Shown: in pieces, positions 12,101 to 24,100 of the stretch
Layout of the letters: every line of letters starts with the position of its first letter
Numbering within the stretch: the first letter of the stretch is position 1
NCBI GenBank assembly: GCA_002633005.1
Contig: NMRA01000001.1
Location: 4,501,384 to 4,565,383, forward strand
DNA from: Phoronis australis
Lineage: Eukaryota; Animalia; Phoronida
Length of the DNA: 64,000 nt
Reading direction: 5' to 3'
Notes under the pieces: generated by a model
Told to the model about the DNA's origin: nothing
What the model saw: only the letters and a program-made list of their open reading frames with translations
Database searches by the model: none
Translations under genes and position numbers: made by a program

Positions 12101-15100
12101 GATGGTTGTTCTAGCAACTGGAAGTGTTTTCTTATCTTCAAATGTCACACTGACTCTTTTGACGTCATAAGATTAACAGTTGTGACGTCTGCTGGTCAAG
12201 TCACAATCGTTCTGCGTGACCTGTTTTACTTGTTTGCTCAAATTAGTAGCACTAGATGCAGGTTCTTTTGAAAGTCAATCTGCATGTTTTTTTTTCTGTA
12301 CAATGTTAGGTGTCATTATAGGTGTCAGAGTATGGTGGGCTAGAGACTGAGACTTGTTGCATCTCTGGCCCTTCCTATTGTTAGTAGGTCAAAGGTTATC
12401 CAACTTATCTTGTCCTTCACACTAAACATTGCCACTAGTCATGTGCTATGTGTGCTACCCTCCTGCTGTGAAAGGGTTGCCAGAACGTGGTGTAGGTGTT
12501 AATGACTAGCCCCGTTTCAAATTATCGACATTGTCGATGGAAAAGTTGTGCGACATCCAAATTGCACTTGTATGAATGACTCTGCAACATGTCGTTCAAT
12601 GCATTGACTGACAAGTTGTGGATAAGTCGAGCAATGTTTCAACCTAGCGCAACATTCCAACCAAGATTTTGCAGAACTGGGGGGAATTATCTAATCACAA
12701 ATCATGTTTGTGACCTATGTTGCTCATTCCCATGGTCCCATTCACTGTTGGGTCGTGTATTATAGTGCAAATTTACAGAAAGTTTAACTAAATACAAAGC
12801 TGTGTGGAACTCAACGTCCAAAGATTACAGTTAGTAACGACAAAACAGCTGTATGTTGAATGTTGCATCATAGGTGTTATCTAGCATTGACACACAGGCC
12901 TTCATATAGAAGGTGTCCTGACTCAAATTCGGACACTCTGTTTGGGACGCCCTGTTCAGCAGTTGGACGCCCAAGTGAAGTAAACAATAACATCGGTGTC
13001 TCTTTAACTTGCCAGCAACACTTTGGGAGGTCATTGGTCTGACTAGAATAAAAAAGTTTGTTTAGAAATTATATAAAGAACGGAGACGTTATTACTGCAG
13101 AACAATGCTGCAGTGGGACGTAGGCGCACGTAGGCGCACGTAGGCGCAGCCAACCACCTTTTGGCATTTGAACGTGGCACGTACTCGGTAACTTACGTTC
13201 AGTGCTCAAGGTGATACGATGGGCTTTGGGTGCCTACTTACCTCTAATTTTACCACTACACCACTGCTGCAGAACCATGCGTCCACAGTATGTACCATGC
13301 TATAACAATATAAATTTGGCTGGTGTCATATTGGCCAATACCAAGCATGACAAACAGTCAGTTAGATTGGAACACCTTACAGGATGTGTTGCATTGTTAT
13401 TCACACATGCGCTTTTGTTGTTGGCTAATCCGTTGTGCAACTTTTGAGCTGGTAATATCGCTCGTCTGAAACAGGCTTCGCTTGTGTGACTGCCTTAAAT
13501 TGCTTTTCTCAAAGGGCAATCTAGATCAAAAACTTAAAAATATATATACGAAATTAAGTAGTATTTAACATGGCATTATGCTCACCTCCTTTCTGTGATC
13601 AAGCTAAAATCCTTTTTTGTGCACAATTTTGTACCTCGGCCGCGATCAGAAAATCATCGACTATTCCCGTCTATTTCTGTGACCTGAGTTCTTGTACATC
13701 AGTTCAGGAACGATTCCTGAATGCCAGTCATGTTCTCCTAATGAAAACGTATTGATATCACTCTGAGCATAAATGCATTGTTATTTGGTTGTTCTTGATT
13801 CTCATTTTGGTTCTTTTTGATACAAACTTGGTAATTTATTGTCCAAATTTTACCTGTTCTTTGCGTATGACTAATTGTATTTAATGCATAAGTTTGTGAT
13901 GCGGGCGTACATCGCATCTCTCGCTTAAGATTGAGGTCAGTCCTGACTCATCACGAGGGTACATCAAATTTCAGCTACAGTACCCGTTTAGGTAATAAAT
14001 TAGATGAAAATTTTTCTAGATCAGCAAATGTCTTATCCTTATCAGCATATCGTGAAACTGATGCCAAGTATCAGCCTGGAGTGAGCAATTGCAGTGTGTC
14101 TACCCGGATGTGTGAGCGCATTTCTGCGTACTTGGCAGCAAATCGGCACCGGCTTTACTGGCCGTTAAAAAAAATTTAAATGAAAAATGTCTACACACGG
14201 CGATGTTTCAACAAACAAAAACAACTTTTATCTCATAACAGTGACTTTCATATCTCAATTGCAATAACACGCACCTGTGCTTGATTTTGCTGTTCGAACA
14301 CACTATGCGGTGAAGTAATTCCCCTGTAGTTGCCGTGACTCTTCGCCGGAAAAATAATCAATTGCTAAATTGGCTTTGATTTTCAATTATTTGGGAAAAT
14401 ATATTTTAAAATGTGACAAAAACATACAATACATACCTTTGTTGACTAAATATAAAAGTATCGCGCCGCGAACGGGGGGGGNATTGTAATTAGTGAGCTG
14501 AATGTCGGCGATGGGAAAACAATGCAGTGTTAGGAGCATGACCCAGTATTTTTTAACTCTTTGTCATCCGAATTCCACCCATGCAAGACCAAGGCGGCTA
14601 ATTAATGTGTTTATCTTGCACCATGGAGCGCAGTCCGTGCGTGCCAGGCGGTCAGGCTCCATTGGGTAGTAGCTCACATGAATGCTTCTGGATGAGTGGA
14701 AATTATTTCGTTTTCTTTAAACTCATTTTAGTTATGTTATATCATTTGGCACCAATTTTTTTCTGATGATATTTCGCCAGCAAATGATATTCTGTTGTTC
14801 ATTGTTGGCCGTCTGCCGCCTGGCCGTAACGGAAGTCGTGGGAGACCACCGGGTATCTTAGTTTCCGTCTAAATTTATTTTCGATATTTTCACAGATTTA
14901 ATTGTCAGGATACTCTAACTGCATGGCAATTTTAGTTAGTTCTTTTGATATTGCATGTTCGATGTTACGTTTATATTGTTTACCACTCAATTACACCCAA
15001 TAAAATGAGCACATCCGTGTTATTCAACTGGCACAGGATTTTGACTAGTGCATAATTACATGTAAGCGTCTGAAACTATCTTTGGATGTATCCAGCATTT

Positions 15101-18100
15101 ATGATTTGAACCATTTACTCCGATAAAATCACCGGCGACGGCATGCCTTTGCCTTTCGCCAGTGCTGGTCTCGGTCTGCACCCGGTCATCGGCTGCAGGT
15201 CTGAGTCTGGCAAAATAATTTCTGTCAAAATTTATTTGCCATACTTTGTCGACAGTTTCAATACAAATCGTCCCTACTTTGGTTTTATCAAAGTTAATGT
15301 CTGCTGCCGATTATTTTATCCTCGTTTGCAGGTTGGTAACAGACACTGCTCCACTCGCACAGCCAGCGTTCTTAAGCCTGGGTTCCTGAATTAATTGTAC
15401 TTAAGGTTTTGCGGTTAATTGAAAATGCCTATGGTTGTGTGTTCTTCAGGTCGGAATAATGAGGAGCGCGTTTATTTAATCTTTCTTCGATTGGTTATGG
15501 GATAGGTACTGCTTGGGTCCTTATTACTTCTTCCAACCATTTAATAAGGGTTAAAAATGTGTGCTACTAGGACTTTAACAAGATTGGGTTGTAATGTTGT
15601 AAGCTATCACTAGGTGTCGCCCCTACTATTCTTAGTTAAGTGCTTTTATTAAGAAAAAGCCTTAAAAAGCTGTTTTCTAGATATCCTCTTGTATTACTGG
15701 TGCTTGATGTATGTTGTACTTGTTAACCTGTATCTGCTCTATATTCTAATATGAAGATGCGGATGTATCAGTTATATAACACTATTTCATAACTAGATAA
15801 TGATAGAAGCAGACCTTGAATGTCAATACAGTTGGTTGATAAGGTAGTTTGACTGACACTGGAACAAGCTGTTGCTCAGGGTAAGCTGCATGTCGATTTC
15901 TTTTCTATCCTTTTTAGTTTTTCCAAATAGCAAGCAATTGCCTTCGTGGGGATGAAATGAATCCCTCCCAAAAATAACAAAGAGACTAGCTATTCTGAAG
16001 ATTTGTTCACGAGCATTATGTAGTTTTAAGGACTGGTTGGTAGAAATTCAGTAGTGCTAGCCTGTTGGTTCAAACTCCAAACTTTAATTGGTAATCCTTC
16101 TTCAAGGAACTGTGTTTAGTTGGCAGTTGTACTCCAGACTGCCTATTTTCCTTGTTGTGGTGATACCAAAATCACAGCTTCACCATTAAGCTACCTCAGA
16201 AAAGAGACCTGTAGCAAATTACAAAGAATTATGGCTTCCATGTCACCATATTTCTATTGAGCTCGAATAATGTACCTGCATGATATTTTATACCTGCCTT
16301 TCAATTGGTTATGTTCCAGCTTGTTCAAGTATTTATTGCTCTGTGATAGTATGGTTTATTGGTACCTGTCTGATATGGAAAGCCAAAGCGGAAAAAAATG
16401 CAGGACACATGTTTTGTATTCAAGAATTAAAATTTGCAGGACCAACAAACAACTCAAATTTTGGTCTTGAGTTTCTTGGTCTTGAGTTTTTTGATCTTGC
16501 ATAATGTTGTGGATTGTTGTTGATTATTGGATGAGTGAAAATTCTAGTTTTGAGGATTTTCTTGGTCCTGCAGAGCAAAAATGTTTTGGTCTGTTTTGCA
16601 ATTTTGCATAAAAATTATACTTATCCTAGAATTTTTTCCGCTTAATGGCTTTCCATAGTCTGAAGACTTTGTTAGAATACCATAATTTAATTTAGGTCCT
16701 ACAATTTCCGATATGAAACTTTTCTTGCTCATTTTTATAGATCATTAGATAAAAAGTTTGCAGATATCTTTGGCAGCTAGGATTGTTGCCACCCAGGGTG
16801 GACAGTACAGTGATCCGTGCCTAGTTCGATGGGTGCTTCCTTTAAGTTAAGAAACAGTCATTGGGTTGACGAGTGGCCAATATAAGCTTTCATGTTTGCA
16901 TGAGAATGTATGTTTAAGGAGAGTGCACCATACGTGAGAATGTAACTTTCATGAGGATGTGTCATACATAAGAATATATCAAAGACGAGGGTGCACCCTG
17001 CAGGAGAGTGTGTGCCCTGCACTAGAGCATGTTGTTCATAACGCCATGCCATGTACTAGAGCATGTTGTTCATAACGCCATGCCATGTACTAGAGCATGC
17101 TGTTCATAAAGCCATGCCATGTACTAGAACATGCTGTTCACAAAGCCATGCCATGTACTAGAGCATGCTGTTCATAAAGCCATGCCATGTACTAGAGCAT
17201 GCTGTTCATAAAGCCATGCCATGTACTAAAGCATGCCGTTCATAAAGCCATGCCATGTACTAGAACATGTCGTACATGGAAGTGTACGGTTCATGAAAGT
17301 GTGCCCTTCATGAGATAGTTCCGTACGTGAAAATGTACCTTTAATGGAAATGTACCCTTCATGAGAGTTATTGTGAGTGAGAGTGTAGCGTACATGACAG
17401 TTTACCTCTGTGAGACATTTATTTCCTCGTTAGGTCTAACTCATCATATGAAGCTTGTTGCTTGTGATAATCTGCTAATCCAGTAGGTCAATCATGGCAA
17501 GGATTATTAAGCAATAATGATAAAATGTGGAAGGGAAAAGATGACTTTCAACGTGGGTTTGGATGATTGATTGTACCTGAAGGTGCTGAGAAAAGCTATG
17601 GTATTCAATACACTGGGTCCCTTGGTGTCCATATGAGATTCCATTTCCAAGATTTCATTTGATTTTAAAAAGTAACATGACACTGAAAACGGCCAGAACT
17701 TGGCAAAGGTCAGCGAAGGACAAAGGTTATTTTTAGCATTTATTTACCTTTGCCTATCCCTAAAGTGTTTTATTGTTTTATCAACTGGGTTAAGTTGGCA
17801 TTTTCCATCAAGTTCATCCTGTATGAAAATTATAAGTCAAATGTAAGGCATCATTCATCCATCTCTGACCTCTCCTTAATATTTTTGTAGTTTGATTTGA
17901 TAAATGAAACTGGAGTACTTAGTTTACATTCCTTAATTGCTCAAAGGGTACAGTGCAGAAACATTGAGGCAAAGTTCATCATTTGTGATAACCCCAACAG
18001 GTTGAATTACCTGTTCAACAAGGTGGGATAGGTGTACAGAAATGTGACTATGAACTGGTGAGGAATGGTTGATTATTGTGTAATGCAATTCTGCCTATGC

Positions 18101-21100
18101 AATATCAACTCTAACTGTAGATTATGATATTTTTAAATGGAATGTTTGTGTTTGTTATGGTAGTCAACTGACTGCAGGTGGAGGCAGCTCCCCCTAATGC
18201 TGCCTATGCAAAATCAAGACTGTAGCTTGTATGCTCACGATTCTCATACAGTCTGTCATTTGAGAGGATGTTGTTCTGTCATATCGTCCAACTTGTTCTT
18301 TCTTTTTATATACTCAAGGCTAAGTCACCTTTAAATGTCAATTGCTATTTGTCAGTAGGTAAAACTACTTATCTGCAGATCGTGTTACTGCAACTGTTAA
18401 CCTTCCTAAACTGTTCGAGGCGAGCAGCTGTGGCCAACATGCACATGGTTTTACTTGTACTCTGAGTAAAACTGTTTCGGTGCAAATTGGGTTCATTATG
18501 TACCAAGCGCTTTTGGGCGGGTGTATGATGGGGTGTTGGTACACCTCTGGAGCGCTACTGCTGTTGTTGGTAGTGACGGAGAACTGGACGGTAAGCACTG
18601 GAGTGTGGAGTTGATTAGAGGAATTTTCGATTTAAGGTTTTCTTCTGAAGTTGGGATTGGAGATACATCTTGTTAAGGGCTATTCAAGGTCTGTCATCCG
18701 TTTACTCGATTCCACTAAACTGTTGTCATATTATTTGAAAAATCTTAAATGAACCTTTTATTGGCTCGTCAACTTCACTGTTTCGTCAATTGACTCCTGT
18801 TCTTGAAGTCTCTGTTTCTTCACCTTTTTGTCATTGATGTTTCTTGGTGATGGTGGTCATGACGAAGTTGACAATGGTAGAAATGATGATGCTGTTGTTT
18901 TCAGCGTCATTATTGGTGTCATCGTTAGTGGCCTCATGAATATCACGGCTATCTTGTGGCAAGATCATTGCACTTGTGTTGCTGTTGCTGGCATTGTCGT
19001 TCTTGGCTGTGGTTTCATGGCAATGATGTCATCAATATTTTCAGCTTTACAGTCATTATTGGCCATCACTGTTGTTACCAGTGTTGAAGGAGGCAGTGTC
19101 TTTATCAGTATCATTGTTGTTTCCAGCGGCATTCTCGGTGTATATTACACTATTAACGGTAATGCTGTGCTCGTCCAGGTCATCCTCTGTATTACCGTTG
19201 GTGCTGTAGGCATTTACCATCTTCAGTATCTTCATGCTTCCCTTTTCAGTCGATATTGCCAAATGTTGCTCTGCTGAGCCCTTTCATTTGTTGATTCTGT
19301 AGTTTGAGTCTTGTGACGAATTTTAAAACGGAATAAACACCAGTTGCTGAAAACCAACTTGATTTTGGCCATTTATTGTAAGAAAGACAGTCTTATCTTG
19401 TTCCATATTTGATTAAGAAATTAATTCTAGGTTTGTGTAGCAGGAGGTAGAGGCTGTTATAATGTAGATGTAGGAGAACGCACGAGGTCCGTTTTGGCGA
19501 GAGTTAAAGTGTTGGTCCACTTAATGTAGTAAGAGTCGTAATTACAGCTTTTTGCAAGTCCTTGCAGTCATTGGTAAAGTATTAATAGTAACTTGTTGCA
19601 AACAGTGTACAGATACTGTCTGCTAGAATCAATAGTAACTTGTTGCAAATAATGTGTACAGATACTGCCTACTACCGTAAACGTTCGGGTTAGCGCCCTG
19701 GGCAGTTTAATTGGCAAACCCAAAATTTCGAGGGTGGGCTGTTAATCAGACATGGGCGCTTAACAGAGAGCAGTGCGCTTATATGGAAATCTTCAAAAAT
19801 CCGAGAGGTGCGCTTAACCGAGCAATGGGCGCTTAAATCGCACATCCATCTAGTTGGTGGTGGGCTGTTAAGTGAACATAGGCGTTAAATGAAATGTTTA
19901 CGGTAGTATCAACATTAACTTGTTGTTAGACATGTGTGCAGGTACTGTGTACGCAGCAGCTGTTGACAACTGTATTGTCATGGTACATAGCAAAGTTTGT
20001 AACAGTCTGTCATATTGCGAATAGACTGCGACTTTGAAACTTACATGGACTAGCAACTACACCAGGAAGTGAGTCATTGGCCAATTTTAAAGTCCACTTT
20101 TTGTGGTATTGCATCGCGATTTGAAATTTCGAAAGGGGCAGGATAGTTATCAGTGTCACAGTTTTGCATGGTAAAACTTAAGTTGTCGCCATTTCTAAAA
20201 ATGGGACTACAGGCTAGAGAATTACAATCAAACAATTCGGTACAAAAATGTTGGAGATTTTGACAAGTTTAGATAGAATTAAAACGGATATTTGTAGCAA
20301 TGAAATAGATATTTAGCCACACAGGTATTGACATTTAGTCAATGACAGCTCTGCATTTTCCAATTTATTTTGCAAAACTACTGTATACAATACTGTAAAT
20401 TAGAAAAATACACTTAAGGTATAACATTTTCAGAGTGCCATCTAGTGGTACCTTTGATGACCCACAAGTCAAACTTAAAACTTGGATGTGCGCTAAATTA
20501 ACCAACGCAGGTTTAAGAGGTTCAAGTAACTTGGCTGTTTATGTCGACGTTCCTGTGGTACCAGTGTAAAGTTGGTACGATAAGGTCTTTTAACATGCAT
20601 GTTAATTAGATTAACTTGATTTCCCAAGTTGCCTCACCTTTACGGTCAGGTATGATTTATCTTACCTGTCTCTGCACTGACAGGCTAAGGCTTGGTCTTC
20701 TGTTAGTTCAATTTCTTTAAGGTTAAACAGCTGTATTCTGACACTTTGTGTTGCCATAGAATGGATTGAAGTCACTCCTGGGCCCGGTCTCCAATCTCCG
20801 TACTCAGACTCATACTCATACTCGAGATTCCATACTCAAAATCGTGCTTACTGGAGTCGTACTCAAAAAAGCGTATCTAATGTCGTATTTCGAGTAGACT
20901 CCAAACGTACTCAAATCTGACACTCATACTCGAGTTGCTATGGAACTCTTTATGATGTGAAATGCAAAATCACGCAAAGCCGCGCTGATTCATCGCTCCC
21001 TATTGGAANNNNNNNNNNNNNNNNNNNNNNNNNNNNNNNNNNNNNNNNNNNNNNNNNNNNNNNNNNNNNNNNNNNNNNNNNNNNNNNNNNNNNNNNNNNN

Positions 21101-24100
21101 NNNNNNNNNNNNNNNNNNNNNNNNNNNNNNNNNNNNNNNNNNNNNNNNNNNNNNNNNNNNNNNNNNNNNNNNNNNNNNNNNNNNNNNNNNNNNNNNNNNN
21201 NNNNNNNNNNNNNNNNNNNNNNNNNNNNNNNNNNNNNNNNNNNNNNNNNNNNNNNNNNNNNNNNNNNNNNNNNNNNNNNNNNNNNNNNNNNNNNNNNNNN
21301 NNNNNNNNNNNNNNNNNNNNNNNNNNNNNNNNNNNNNNNNNNNNNNNNNNNNNNNNNNNNNNNNNNNNNNNNNNNNNNNNNNNNNNNNNNNNNNNNNNNN
21401 NNNNNNNNNNNNNNNNNNNNNNNNNNNNNNNNNNNNNNNNNNNNNNNNNNNNNNNNNNNNNNNNNNNNNNNNNNNNNNNNNNNNNNNNNNNNNNNNNNNN
21501 NNNNNNNNNNNNNNNNNNNNNNNNNNNNNNNNNNNNNNNNNNNNNNNNNNNNNNNNNNNNNNNNNNNNNNNNNNNNNNNNNNNNNNNNNNNNNNNNNNNN
21601 NNNNNNNNNNNNNNNNNNNNNNNNNNNNNNNNNNNNNNNNNNNNNNNNNNNNNNNTCAAAATCGTACTCGAAATATAGATGAGATACACTTCAGTTCGAG
21701 TACACTCGAAAACTGAGTACGTGCTCGAAATTTCGAGTACAGATTTTTCGAGTATGACATTGAATACACCAAAGCTGAGTCTGTACTCGAGTTGAGTATG
21801 AAGTGTGAGTTTGAGCATGATTCGAGTCTGAGTACGGAGATTGGAGACCGGGCCCAGGTTAATCTGTAGATTTCATCTTTAAAACATCTGACTATGATTG
21901 CAGCACCAACTCAGTTATGGAGTCTCAACTGTACAGATGGTTGGCCATGCCGTAGGCGTAGGCAGCATGTAACTAAAGGGCATTTCATGACAATGTGGGT
22001 TTTGGCCTGTATGAATCGTTAACTTTGGTCCTCCATTGAATCAAAGTTAACAGCACGGAAGTTAACTTCACAGTAAACAGGTGATTTTAATAGCACAGCT
22101 TCGATTTGGCTTGAATGGTTAACTTTGGTGTTGTCAAAGTTACCGCCAGGTGTAACTCAGTAATGACATGTTTTTTGTTACATGTTATTTTTATCAAGTA
22201 TAACACTTTAAGGTAACTGTAAAGTAGCCTTGTTTACCAGGTTGTACTTAAATTCTATTAACTCTAACCCCTACGAAGTATTTATTTTCTGAAAGGTGAA
22301 TAAACTTCCAAACAAAATTTATTCTTCTTATTTATTTTTTCATGAGATATGCGTTTTAGTAAAAAAATTGTTTTGTCTTTGAACAGAGATTTTAAAAATA
22401 GTGTTCCTCCAATCATATTCGTCTTTTGTCAACAAGGGAACCGTGTCCCAGATTTTTAAATAGGTCCAAGTTTTTCTGAACGAAGTATTTAAAAATTAAG
22501 AGAGCGCCCGTTTTAAGTAAAAATGCTAAAAAATCAATCATTAAAATTCTAAGATCTATTTCAAAAATCAGAGACACAGTTCCCTCGACATGTTGACAAA
22601 AGACCATTATGATTGGAGGAACAATACTTTTAAAATCTGTTCAAAGTAAAAAAAATTTTACTAAGAAACACATATCTCGTAAAATAATAAAGACAAGTAA
22701 ATAAGAATAATAAACTGTGTTAGGAAATTTATTCACCTTTCAAAAAATCTACACTGTAGGGGTTAGAACTAATGGAATTTAAGGTATTTGCGCATAAGTA
22801 CAAACTGGTAAACAAGGTTCACAGTAGCACTTCATTTCATATTAAAGTTCGACCATATATAATACTAAAAATTTTATGAGTTATGCCTGCACAACGTTTT
22901 CAAAGCGTCATTTTGTAATAACTGCCATAACTGACACAATCAAACTGCTGTAACTTAAGTGTCACAAATTGCTAAAGCTCATGTGAAATGTTCAACTATC
23001 TTTGAAGTTAACATTGACAATCTTCTCAATGTACTGGAGTTAACATGCTGTCGCTAAAGGTCGGTTAACATCTCTCCAACTCTGTAGACTTCAGAAACTT
23101 ATGCAGGTTTGTCGTGATTTGCTGGGGGTAGACAGTGTCAAATTAAACACTATTGTAGTAGGGTACTCTAGTAGCAGGTGAATGCTGCTTTATACAAGCT
23201 TCACCCTCAGAAATTGTTGCGCTCATAGTTCACATCATTCCCAAGGGCAATGCAGCTATTTTTGGAACTTTGTTTAACATTCTCAAACCAAACAAGTTTG
23301 TGCTATTTCTGGGGATATAATTACAACAATTATGAAATTAGTGGCACACCATATGTTGACTGTCAAAGCATTTGTTCTACTAAATATGTAGCTAGCTGAG
23401 TTGACGATTATATTTCATGTGTTTTAGTAACTTACCATATGTTTACTTAATGTCTAAACATGACTTCTACTAAACATGTTGCTAGCAATGTTGATGACTA
23501 GATATTTTGGGTGTCAGAACCAGTCGTTGCAACAGGATACACATCCGTTTTACATAGTGTTTTACACCTCTCTTGTTCAGCTATTGTTCCCAGCCTATGT
23601 TGGCTACAGTTTCTTTTCACTTTGTTATCATCATAATTTTTATGAAAAACTCATCTTCTATGTTAGTCTACAGGTGCTTGTCTTAAGTTATGTGCACATT
23701 TTATTCGCAGCAGGCTTATTGTTTCGGAATAATGAGTTTAAAGACGGTACTTAGAATAATAATCGTTATAGGTAGAAAAACTGAAATCATTATTAGGCCT
23801 ACTGCTGTCTTAATACTAATTAAACTCCATCCGGTTTTCTGGGAGTGACGACCATTTTACAAGGTGCAACGTCCCCTCGCGCCTCCACAACAACCCAGGT
23901 TTGGTGACTAATGGTCTCTACCCATTCCAGTCTGATAACAGTTTGTTGCATTTCCATTCACAGTAGTATCTAAATTGTACACCAGGGGGCAGTAACTGTC
24001 CAGCAATCACCTCTTCAGTACTCTGGAACAGTAGTTTGGTGAGGTCTCTCTTACTACAGTCCACATTTCAATCTTCACATTCACAATCAATTAAGTCCCT

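Noticed and set aside
13119-13148. CGTAGGCGCA x3
   Set aside because: Short slippage repeat inside an old element with no further structure.
14553-15554. piggyBac-like element (TTAACTCTTT ... TAAGGGTTAA)
   Set aside because: Terminal match too short and imperfect to distinguish from chance.
17021-17278. 34-bp repeat array as CRISPR
   Set aside because: Units are head-to-tail with no unique spacers, no cas genes are present, and the context is a eukaryotic intron.
18828-19277. 149-aa multi-TM-looking + strand ORF
   Set aside because: Non-ATG start, no splice support; hydrophobicity is the antisense shadow of an AAC/GAC-rich minus strand.
20957-21818. 237-272-aa ORFs in the track
   Set aside because: Artefacts of translating the N gap.
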